In this document: positions 41,024 through 50,700 of the stretch, piece by piece
Numbering within the stretch: position 1 is the first letter of the stretch
How the letters are laid out: each line of letters opens with the position of its first letter
DNA from: an uncultured virus (IMG/VR IMGVR_UViG_3300025769_000088)
Lineage: Duplodnaviria; Heunggongvirae; Uroviricota; Caudoviricetes
Direction: 5' to 3' (one strand)
IMG/VR virus record: IMGVR_UViG_3300025769_000088
Length of the DNA stretch: 64,000 nucleotides
Notes under the pieces: model-generated
Told to the model about the DNA's origin: nothing
Seen by the model: only the letters and a program-made list of their open reading frames with translations
The model's database searches: none
Translations under genes and position numbers: made by a program

Positions 41024-43099
41024 TCAAAGTACTGGAACTCTGACCATTACTTGATGGCCTGATGGCGTATCTTCGCCGTACATCTGGTTGCCGATCCCGA
41101 CCGAGGCGATGTTGCCGGAAGCGAAGAGTTTTCCATCGGCGTCGAGCATGAACATCGCTGCCTGGTTGCTGCCGAGACCTATGTCTGACTCGGCAATTAC
41201 GAAGTCACTGACTGCCACGCTGCCTGGTCGCTTCAGAGCCGTGAAGCTCGACAGGTTGGACGTGTTGCCCTGGCACAGGATTCCGGTAGAGTTGGCTCCG
41301 GTGCCGTACAGTTCGCCGTCTGCGCCCAGGAAGACGCAGGCTCCAGAATCTCCGTTTCCGGCGAACATGCGGTGCTTGGTGGCTGTCGTCGAGGGCATGG
41401 TGACGGCAGCCCACTCATCTCGATTGGACGTGTCCCCCAGACCGAGCTGTCCGGACCCGTTGCGACCGACTGAGTAGAGGTTGCCGGACGTGTCTCGCAG
41501 GATGCAGGCTCCGTAGGCACCCAAAGTCTGGAACTCAGCGACAGCCGCTCCAGCGTACACCGTAGAGGCGGTCCAGCTGGTTTGCTGTGTTGTGTTGTTG
41601 ATCGCCAATTGACCGTGGACATTGTATCCGCAGGCTTTGATGGACGTGCCGTCTGCCACGTACGAGTGACTTCCTGTGCCGCCATTGAAGGAGCCGACTC
41701 CGATCGCATCGACACTTGTCGGAGTCAGCGTCACAGGCGACGTACGTTGCGTCGTGGTGCCGTCTCCCAGTTGTCCGTGACCATTGTATCCCCAGCCTTC
41801 CAGGTTGCCGGACGTGTCGATGGCGAGCCCGTGAGCATAAGCTCCTGAGTTGCTCAACTTGAGCGAGGCAATGCTGGTCAGCCCAGAAACGAGGACGGCT
41901 GTGTCCTGCTGAGTCGTGGAGCCGACGCCGAGTTGGCCCAGGGCATTGGAGCCTGAGGCGTAGACGGCTCCGGTGTCCGTCAAAAACATTACGCTGTCCT
42001 CAGTTCCGTAGCCTGCCTCAGGCACGATGACGTCCGCAATGTTGACGCTGGACAGAGCTGAAATCTGAGTCGCGAATTCTCTTCGAGTCGTGTTGCCATG
42101 GCCGAGCTGACCGTACGTGTTGTCGCCCCACGACCAGACGTCGCCTGCGTCGTCCACCGCGAAACCTGACCGGTGTGTCAGGTAAATGTCGACGATCGTA
42201 CCTGGCGTGCCGTTAAACAGCACCTGCGTCCAGTTGTAGGCGTAGCTTCTGCCGGTGTACTTCGGGACGGCAAATGACGTCGTGCCGCCGATCATCCAGA
42301 TTTCATTGTCGTTGGTCAGTACCGCCATGGCCTGGCAGCCCAGGGACATCTTTGTGGGGAGTGCTGCAATGATCCGGCCTGCTCCACCCTGGATCGCTGT
42401 GAGCGGAACTTCAGTGGGCACCGAGTCTGTGGACCTCTTGCCGTAGACAAACGGGTCGGAGCCCGTCGCCTTCAACTTCGCTGCCGTGATCTGATTGTCC
42501 TTGACCTTCGCCGTCTCAATAGCATCCGTACCCAGCTTGTTGACCGTCACTGAGGCGGTGCCGAGCTTGGCTTCGGTGACTGCTGCTGCATTGATCTTGT
42601 CAGTCGTCACTGCGTTGGATGCAATCTTAGCCGCCTCGACGGCAGAGGCTGCCAGTTGAGCGGTGTCGACAGCCAGTAGAGCCAGCTTGCCGGTGGTCAC
42701 ATTCAGGTCAGCGATCTTCGCCGTCTCGACAGCGTCCGCTGCCAGCTGAGCCGTGTCGACTGCCAGCAGAGCCAGCTTCGCCGTGGTGACGTTCAGGTCC
42801 AGAATCTTCGCCGTCTCCACGGCATCCGCTTCCAGGGTGGCAGCATTGACCTGCCCGTCCCCTTGTGTCGGAACGACTTTCCAGACGTCCGGAGACTTAC
42901 TCTCCAACGTCTTGATGACAGGTGGAGATGTGGACGTGTCGACCCAGAACTGTCCGATGACGGTGACGGTGTCGGAAGGCGCAGTGGCTCCCGACCAGTT
43001 GCTTTGCAACGTGCTTGCTTTGGCATCGTTATTGACGATGCCTGTTTTCACCGTGTCGCCTGCCGCTCCGGTATCTGTCGCAGTAAATGTCTGGGCCAT
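41024..43099 (-). CDS. Tail fibre / receptor-binding protein with VTTAKLA-type shaft repeats and RCC1/BLIP-II beta-propeller
   Basis: Repeated A.AV.TAK(I/L)A; several WG.N.YGQLG.G repeats. Confidence 0.85.
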   Translation of the reverse strand: MAQTFTATDTGAAGDTVKTGIVNNDAKASTLQSNWSGATAPSDTVTVIGQFWVDTSTSPPVIKTLESKSPDVWKVVPTQGDGQVNAATLEADAVETAKILDLNVTTAKLALLAVDTAQLAADAVETAKIADLNVTTGKLALLAVDTAQLAASAVEAAKIASNAVTTDKINAAAVTEAKLGTASVTVNKLGTDAIETAKVKDNQITAAKLKATGSDPFVYGKRSTDSVPTEVPLTAIQGGAGRIIAALPTKMSLGCQAMAVLTNDNEIWMIGGTTSFAVPKYTGRSYAYNWTQVLFNGTPGTIVDIYLTHRSGFAVDDAGDVWSWGDNTYGQLGHGNTTRREFATQISALSSVNIADVIVPEAGYGTEDSVMFLTDTGAVYASGSNALGQLGVGSTTQQDTAVLVSGLTSIASLKLSNSGAYAHGLAIDTSGNLEGWGYNGHGQLGDGTTTQRTSPVTLTPTSVDAIGVGSFNGGTGSHSYVADGTSIKACGYNVHGQLAINNTTQQTSWTASTVYAGAAVAEFQTLGAYGACILRDTSGNLYSVGRNGSGQLGLGDTSNRDEWAAVTMPSTTATKHRMFAGNGDSGACVFLGADGELYGTGANSTGILCQGNTSNLSSFTALKRPGSVAVSDFVIAESDIGLGSNQAAMFMLDADGKLFASGNIASVGIGNQMYGEDTPSGHQVMVRVPVL

Positions 43100-43128
43100 G
43101 ATTCACTTCCTCGGGAAATAACTGCAGT

Positions 43129-43419
43129 CTACTCGATCGTCACCTGCACTTCTGCGCGTCTTGCCGTCAACGCCTCACGCTGAACCTTCGCCGCTTCACG
43201 ATTCGCCAGTCGGCTCTCTCGTGTTGCCGCATGAAGGGCTTCGTTGGCCTGCTGCTCCGCGTGAGCCACCACCTCGTCACCGAAATGATCAACGATCATT
43301 TCAATCGCCAGTTCTTCATCGGTCTGCCCGTCTTCGGGTCGACCCTTCGCCGCATACGCGGCGACCACGGCGTCGAGTAGTTCTTCCGGTGCTGTGATAG
43401 TCAATGTCTTGTCAGCCAT
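43129..43419 (-). CDS. Small tail-fibre-associated protein
   Basis: Position between fibre genes; TAATG overlap. Confidence 0.65.
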   Translation of the reverse strand: MADKTLTITAPEELLDAVVAAYAAKGRPEDGQTDEELAIEMIVDHFGDEVVAHAEQQANEALHAATRESRLANREAAKVQREALTARRAEVQVTIE

Positions 43420-46400
43420 TATCCCACTTCTCCTGTTCGAAGTTCTGCAACCCAGTTAACGGTTTCGCCTGAGCCACCTTTTGCTTGAATCGCCACGCCA
43501 GATGAATACACAATCACCTGGCAATCCCACGTTGCGTCGTCTTCAAAGTCTGCGGTCACTGAATTGTAAGCCAGCGTCGTGACCGCAGACACCCGTTTGA
43601 CCAGTGCCTTAACGGTGTATGTGGCGACCTTCGCCCCGGTAGACAGGTAGCCGGTCACCGTCCCTGTGATCCTCATGCAACTGTTGTTGGGAATCTGCAA
43701 CGAATCCGTCGCACTGTCTGCTCCGCCGTCTGCCGTCAGGCTCAGGAACGTGTCAGTTGTCGTCTGTCGCCGCAGCACCACGTCACGGCTTTGGGCGTCA
43801 CCGTCTGTGGCGAATGAACCCGACGCTCTGGCGACTGCACCCCGCATCGTGCGAGTCGTCGCTTTGTCGCCCATCGCCGTACTGACAACGCCGTCCGCAA
43901 GATTGTCGAGTCCGCCGGGAACGCACGAGTCAGTCCCGCTGGCCGTGTTGGAATGCCCACCACCGATATGACTTCCGTCACCACTGGCTACGTTAAGTTC
44001 GCCGCCGCAGATAGATGCGTGGTCATCAGTGGCGTCGTTGTCGTATCCTCCGCCGACAAACGCACCTGTACTGGATACCAGGTTACGCAGACCGCCACCA
44101 AGAAACGAGTAGTTGCCTCCTGTGTTAGTATTAAGATATCCGCCAACTATGACTCTTGCTGACGCTAAACCTGTGATGGAGTTAGTCCATCCTCCACATA
44201 TCACATTGTATTCATAGGTGCTTGTAATAGCATTACTTCTGCCACCGCCAATGTAGGAGTAGTTAGACGTAGTACCAGATATTGAGTTCGATTTGCCACC
44301 ACCGATTCCCGCAACCGCAACGTTGCCAGATATCGTGTTAGTTGCACCACCACTGATGACGTTGGATGCGTTGGTCGAACTGATGGTATTGTCTGCACCT
44401 CCGCCGATAGCGTTGTTGACTGCTGTGCCCGTGATGTCATTATTGTTCCCGCCAGCGACTGTCTGGTAATTTCCGCTCGTCAAGTTCCCCAGACCGCCGC
44501 CGATAGTCGAATCAGTCCCGCCCGCTGCATTGGAATGCCCACCACCGATATGACTTCCGTCACCACTGGCTACGTTAAGTTCGCCGCCACCGACTGATGC
44601 GTGGTCATCAGTGGCGTCGTTATTCTGACCGCCGAGAACGCAGGAGTAGTTCGACGAAGTGTTGTTCGTGTATCCGCCGCCGATGAAACACCCAGAGCCG
44701 TTGTCAGATAGGTTCCCGTTCCCGCCAACAATAACGTTGTAGAGTCCTGCGGTGATCGAGTTGGTTGTGCCACCACCGATGAAGCACTGGTCCGATGGGT
44801 TGGTCGTGATCGTGTTGTCTTCGCCACCGCAGATCACGGCATCATCAGCACCGGCAGCCATCGTGTTGCGAAGACCGCCACCGATGAAGCCACGGAGGGC
44901 ATGGACTTCATTATTTTGCCCGCTGACGATACCACAGACGTGAGCGGAGATTATGTTTTCACTGCCACCTCCGATGAACGACTCATCAGAACCAACAGAA
45001 GCACCGACACCACTGATCGTGTTCAACGACCCGCCCACGATAGCTGAACTGAGTCCATACACTTCGTTGTTTTGTCCGCCGACGATGGATGACGCTGTTT
45101 CCACCAGTACGTCGTTGTTGAGACCTCCGCCGATAAAGCCGTACTGGCTGGAGACCGTGCCGCCCGATCCACCCGCAATAGTTGCCGAATCCGCCGTCAC
45201 GGAGTTGGTAATACCACCACAAACAACAGCGTTGTCTGCGGTTAAAGTGTTGTTGACCCCGCCACCCATGAATGAGAAACTGGGGGCACCAGTGATGTCG
45301 TTGTTCTGACCACCGACAACGACATTGGCCCTGCCGTCCGTGATGTTACCCCATCCACCGCCGATAAAATTATGCTCATTCGTTCCTGTTATCTCGTTGG
45401 CTTCCCCACCCACGATGATGTTGTGGCTGTTGGTGGACGTGATGTCGTTGGAGAAGCCACCCACAATGCTGTTGTATGATCCGCCCGTGATCGTACAAGT
45501 GTTGCCGTTGACAATCGTGTTGTAGCTGTTGGTGGACGTGATGTCGTTGTTGTAGCCGCCACCGATGAATCCACGAGAACCTGCCACACTGCTAAAGCTA
45601 CCACCCACAATGACGCTGTGGTTGCTACTGCCGCTAATCTCGTTGGCTTCACCTCCCACGAGTACGTGGTAGTCACCTGTGGACGTGATGTCGTTGGTGC
45701 GGCCCCCTCCCATAAATCCCCAACTACTTGCCAGGGTATTGAGTTCGCCGCCGACGATGACACCGTTTTCTTTGGTGCCTGCCACGATCTCATTGTCTTG
45801 GCCGCCCACGATGATGTTGTAAGCACCCGTGGCGACGATCGCGTTCGAGAGGCCACCACCGACGAAGGCGTAGTTGCTCGACCCCGCAGAGTTGGACTGC
45901 CCACCGACGACGACTGCTGCTGAGCCTGACAGGCTGTGTCCAAACCCACCGCCAATAAAACCATGCTCTCGGGTGCCACTGATCGTGTGGGCCTCACCAC
46001 CGACGATGGTGTTGTAGTCGTTCGTGCTGCTGATCGTGGAGTTGTAGCCACCGACGATGATGCCGTAGTTGCCGCTGACTGCGTTCACGTCGTTGCTCAG
46101 ACCGCCGACGATAACGTGCCGGACGCCTGGGCCTGTTGTGTTGGTTGAGCCGCCACCGATGAATCCTGTGTCTCCAGCGATGACGTTGGATGTACCACCA
46201 GCTATCGTGGATGCGAGTGCTGTCGTTGTGATCTGGTTGGCGTTGCCACCACCAATCGTGTTGTCGTCAGCAGTGGACGTGATGTCGTTGTTGTTGCCGC
46301 CCACAATCACCGAGTGATCCGCACCCGATGCGATCGAGCAGTTCTGCCCGCCGCCGAGGAATCCGTAGTTAGCAGCATTCGAGTTCGACGCACCACCTGC

Positions 46401-47753
46401 CACACTCGCCAGCGTGCCGGATACCGTGTGGCCTGTGCCGACTGAGAGCGTGCCGACCATCGCGACGTTGCCGCTGTCGTCTTCAGTCGTCTGTCCGTCC
46501 TGCAACACCTTTCCAGTTGTGGAGTCGTAACGGGCGACCGCATTGTCTGTTGATGTTGCTGGGCCTGACACGTCGCCTGCTGCGACTCCACTGCTCGGGG
46601 ATGTCGACGGCTGAAGTCCGCGAAGGTCTGTCTTCAAACTCTGCACCCATGCTCCAGAATTCTTCGCCTGAACGGTGTAGCGTGCGATCAGAAAACCGAC
46701 GCCAGTGTACTCAGACGGAATCGTATAGTTCGCAGTCGCCTGATCATCTGACTGGGCTGACGCTTCTGAAGTGTAAACGTCAGAAGGCAAGTTGATCATC
46801 AGCTTGCAGTCTGCCTGCTCCTGACTGACCACTCCCCACAAGACCAGATTCATATACTTGTTGTTGATCGTGTTCCCTGCAGCATCCTGTGTAATGTCGT
46901 CGAACGTCGTGATGCGTTTGAAAGCTGTTGTCGGATCGTTGGTCAGGTAAGCTGGATCGCCCAAACTCATATCGCGGGCTGGCATCGTCTGGTCGTGCAA
47001 CTGAAACACTGTGCCAGAAGTCACTGAGACGTACGCATCTGGACTTACAGCAGACAGGTCAGACGGAACTACACCGTCAGACCACGTCGCCGGAAGCGAT
47101 CGCAGCTTCTTGTTGATGTGGGCGAGGTGTCCGTTCTCAGTCTCCGACGATATATGGTCCGTCCATGAGTGAACCTTGAAAGCACCGTCAGTTGCAAGGC
47201 TTGCTGCTGACTGACAGTAGGCAGTGGCGACCGGAGCATGAGCCGTGGCAGGCCAGCCGCTCGTCGAAGCAGCCAAAGTCAGCGTTCCACCGGACTCTGT
47301 GACGTAGATCCAGTTCTGCACCGGAACTGTATCCGTGCCTGCTGTCAGCGTAACTTCTGCCGCTGGTGTGCAGTCGAGCGTGTAGAACGAGCCGCCGAAT
47401 TGAATCTCAAGATCGCCCCCGCCCTGTAACTGGAGTTGAAGTTTGATGCTGCCAGTGTCCTCGATCACGTCGATGTCGATGGTGCCCTTCATCGCACCGT
47501 CGAGCAGCGGCAGTATGTTCGCCAGGTTGCCTGGGCTAAGCCCAGAGTCGATCCAGCCTCCGCCGACACCGTCGTTGGTTTCGAAGACGATCGACCCGTC
47601 ACTGGGCTCCAGACGCATTCGCGCCATCTGGCCAGTAGCTGTTTCGAACAGTTCCCACGAGGGATCAACTCCGCGCGTACGCTGAGTTTCGATGCGGACT
47701 TCTTTGATCGTCTTGTCGGAACTGGGTCGTTCTGAAATCGTATCCACAGGCAT
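43419..47753 (-). CDS. Long tail fibre with many Gly-rich 'I.GG..N' repeats
   Basis: Long run of 13-16-aa (F/V)IGGG..N.I repeats; follows the J gene. Confidence 0.85.
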   Translation of the reverse strand: MPVDTISERPSSDKTIKEVRIETQRTRGVDPSWELFETATGQMARMRLEPSDGSIVFETNDGVGGGWIDSGLSPGNLANILPLLDGAMKGTIDIDVIEDTGSIKLQLQLQGGGDLEIQFGGSFYTLDCTPAAEVTLTAGTDTVPVQNWIYVTESGGTLTLAASTSGWPATAHAPVATAYCQSAASLATDGAFKVHSWTDHISSETENGHLAHINKKLRSLPATWSDGVVPSDLSAVSPDAYVSVTSGTVFQLHDQTMPARDMSLGDPAYLTNDPTTAFKRITTFDDITQDAAGNTINNKYMNLVLWGVVSQEQADCKLMINLPSDVYTSEASAQSDDQATANYTIPSEYTGVGFLIARYTVQAKNSGAWVQSLKTDLRGLQPSTSPSSGVAAGDVSGPATSTDNAVARYDSTTGKVLQDGQTTEDDSGNVAMVGTLSVGTGHTVSGTLASVAGGASNSNAANYGFLGGGQNCSIASGADHSVIVGGNNNDITSTADDNTIGGGNANQITTTALASTIAGGTSNVIAGDTGFIGGGSTNTTGPGVRHVIVGGLSNDVNAVSGNYGIIVGGYNSTISSTNDYNTIVGGEAHTISGTREHGFIGGGFGHSLSGSAAVVVGGQSNSAGSSNYAFVGGGLSNAIVATGAYNIIVGGQDNEIVAGTKENGVIVGGELNTLASSWGFMGGGRTNDITSTGDYHVLVGGEANEISGSSNHSVIVGGSFSSVAGSRGFIGGGYNNDITSTNSYNTIVNGNTCTITGGSYNSIVGGFSNDITSTNSHNIIVGGEANEITGTNEHNFIGGGWGNITDGRANVVVGGQNNDITGAPSFSFMGGGVNNTLTADNAVVCGGITNSVTADSATIAGGSGGTVSSQYGFIGGGLNNDVLVETASSIVGGQNNEVYGLSSAIVGGSLNTISGVGASVGSDESFIGGGSENIISAHVCGIVSGQNNEVHALRGFIGGGLRNTMAAGADDAVICGGEDNTITTNPSDQCFIGGGTTNSITAGLYNVIVGGNGNLSDNGSGCFIGGGYTNNTSSNYSCVLGGQNNDATDDHASVGGGELNVASGDGSHIGGGHSNAAGGTDSTIGGGLGNLTSGNYQTVAGGNNNDITGTAVNNAIGGGADNTISSTNASNVISGGATNTISGNVAVAGIGGGKSNSISGTTSNYSYIGGGRSNAITSTYEYNVICGGWTNSITGLASARVIVGGYLNTNTGGNYSFLGGGLRNLVSSTGAFVGGGYDNDATDDHASICGGELNVASGDGSHIGGGHSNTASGTDSCVPGGLDNLADGVVSTAMGDKATTRTMRGAVARASGSFATDGDAQSRDVVLRRQTTTDTFLSLTADGGADSATDSLQIPNNSCMRITGTVTGYLSTGAKVATYTVKALVKRVSAVTTLAYNSVTADFEDDATWDCQVIVYSSGVAIQAKGGSGETVNWVAELRTGEVG

Positions 47754-50700
47754 CAGGCAAACTCCCTCACGTAAATATCCGCAATCCAATTGATGGTCGT
47801 AGCTGCCACACCCGTCACCTTGATGGCGATTCCGCCGTTTGTCGTATCAGCGGCAATCTCCACATCCCAGGCTTCGACGTCTTCATGCAGCACCGTCAGC
47901 ATGCTGGTGACTTCTGCCACAGACGCTGCTCCTGTACCACGTTCGAAGATGCCTTCAATGAAGTACTTGGCTCGCTCAGTATTGTCACTCTTCTTGGCAA
48001 TTAGCGTGCCTTCGAATCGCAGCGTATTGTCGTCTGTCAACACAATGATGTTCGTGGCAGCGGCAGCGTCCCCATTGGTGGTCAGCGTGGTCTGAGTGTC
48101 ATTAGTCGTCTGCGTCTGCAGGGTGACCTGGTCACCGTCGTTGTGGAAGTAGACCGTGAAGTCTTCGAGCAGAGGAATCGTGTCGTCGACCGGGTCGCGC
48201 TGAAGAACGATGCGGAACTTCGACGTGATAAATTCGTACGTGGCTTCTTCGAATGGCAGGAACTCTCCGGTGCCATCGAGCTGAATGAAGACTGACAGGT
48301 AGGGCGTGTTTTCCGGGTAGTCCAGTGTGATTGGATAGTCAGCATCATTGATCAGGTCTACAGCATCATTGATCAGCAGCACATCATCCGCCACTGAGGA
48401 CACGGTGTATTCAACCCAGAGACGGCCTTTGCGGAGACCTGCGAAGTCGAAGTCGAAGTCGTACTGACCGTAGTTGGCGGTGCTGGTAAGTGTCAGTTCA
48501 TCGGACACATTGACTTCCAGCGGAGCAACTACTTCTTGAGTTTTCCAGTAACTGAGATCGGAGTTCAGTGTGACCTCTGCTCCCACAGCATCTGTGAAAG
48601 CTGTGCCCAATTCGCCATCAAAGTTGGTAGTGCCAGAAGTATGGAAAGAGCCGTCTCCTTCGATCCAGTCTCGCATTCCAGGTGAGGTTGCGTAATCAAT
48701 CTCTTGCCTGAAAGCATTTCCGCGAACACTCCCTTTCATGCGACAGCCATTGGGATCAGTGTGGGAGTACAACGTGCCGTTCAGCCAGACATCAATCGAG
48801 GCTGCAGTGTCGAAGTCACCCTGGTTCACTTTGACCACCAGGTCCATGGCGGTGTCTTTAGGAACAGTGCCTGCAGCGATCTCCACCCGAGGTGACTGAA
48901 TCGGGTCCATGTGATGATGCAAGTTCCAGCGTTCGTCTGATGTGGCTACGCGATCCATCAAGACAACCTTCCGAAGCACGCCGTAGAAGGGAGTGCCTGT
49001 CCTTGAGCCCAGGTAGAGGCTGGGGGATGCGACGTCGGAAATGCTGCTGGCAATCGTCGTGGAGTTGCTGGACAGTCCGTACACGTTGTCTCGATCGAAA
49101 TTTCTGAGTTCTCCGCTCAACAGTTTGGTTGACTCGGTGTACCAGATAACGGCGGTGCCTGAGGCAATACTGCTGTCAACTCCAGTCACATCCAGCTCAG
49201 TGGTAGAGCTGTCGTTGACCGTAACTTTCATCTTGCTGCCGGACTCAAAGAACTGGACAATGACTGTGGCACCACCAGCACCTCCCACCTCGAACACTGT
49301 GCCTTCATAATCTTGGTCGGGGTCCATGTACCACTCGAAGGACAGTGTCCAGTCCTTGCCCGCAAATGTGTGTCCTGAGCCTGTCAAATAAGCCCCATTG
49401 CCAAAGACCGCACCTACCCCCATTGTTGGGCAGTAGTGCAGAGTTTCTGCGGTCACTCCACCTGTCACTGTCAGATCATTGGAACCGAAACTGTCCAACC
49501 TGTTGCCGGATGTTTCGTACAAGGGCCAATGCCCGACCATGCTTGTGGTATCGGCAAGTTGGTACAGCAGAGGATCGGTAGAGCCTGCGCGAACGATCAG
49601 ACTGCCTGCAGAGTCAAATGCTGCAATGATGCCTTTCTGCTCATTGTCTGCAGTAGGGCCAGCTTGCCAGATAGCTCCTTCCGCAGTTCCTACGCTGGAG
49701 ACAGTCAAGTTGACGTGGAAAGTAGGGTCTTCATGACTGCTGATTTGATCAGAGTCGCTACTTGGAGTCGATGTCGTATCTATGACATCGGTGTCTTGAA
49801 AGACGGAATACGCATCTGGCCCATGCAGCAAGAAGCCTGCTGCAGCCGCAGAATCCACTTCGCTCCACGCCGGATGCTCCGCCTGACTCTTCACTCGATA
49901 TCCACTGACGACCGGGAACTGAGTGTGGGATACCGTGGTCTCTGGTCCGTAATGTTTTCTGCCAGACGTCAGCAACACGAACGGCTTGACTCGAATCGTG
50001 ACTGTGGATTCGGCGTCCACCGAGAATGGAGCTTCCACGTACGGAGTCGCCACCGTACTCAAGAGCTGAGCAGTCTCCCAGTTAGTGCCTCGATGCCGTA
50101 CTTCGTACTGCACGTTGGCTACGCCTGTCAAAGGTGTCCATCGGACTCGGATGTTGTGCAGTCGCTGGTAGGAGATCAACGAAGTGACTGCAGAAAGAAC
50201 CTGCACCGAAGTTGTCACGGACGTCGAGAACTCTGACTCGTTGCCTGTCGTGTCAATCGCTTTGATGAGGTACGTCACCTCGTCTGTGGTGTCGACGTCC
50301 ACGATGTATTTGGTTCCGGCGAATCGTTCGACAATCGTCGTCGCCTCTTCCCACGACTGACCTTCTTTAATGTTGTAGCCCAGCAGGTCGATGTCGGTCG
50401 CCTGATCCCAAGAGAGGGTGACGGTGACGAAGCCTCGCACTGCCGTGAAGTTCTCAACCTTGCCGGGCTTGACGGTTTTTCCAAGCACCGTCTGATTCAA
50501 CAGCTCAGCGGTGGAGACGATGTGAGTCGCCGCCAAGGCATCAGAAGTCGAGCTGACCCAGAAGGACCAGACTCCTTCTTCTGCAGGTTGGATGGTGATG
50601 TTCGGAATGGCTGTCAACGCAATCATCTCGCGGTTGCCGGAAGGCGACAGTGCCTCGACCTGATACAGCATAACCCGAGCATCCTTGGCAGGACTCCATG

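Noticed and set aside
43948..44621. Diversity-generating retroelement TR/VR pair
   Set aside because: Both copies are in-frame coding, differences are not adenine-specific, and no reverse transcriptase is present
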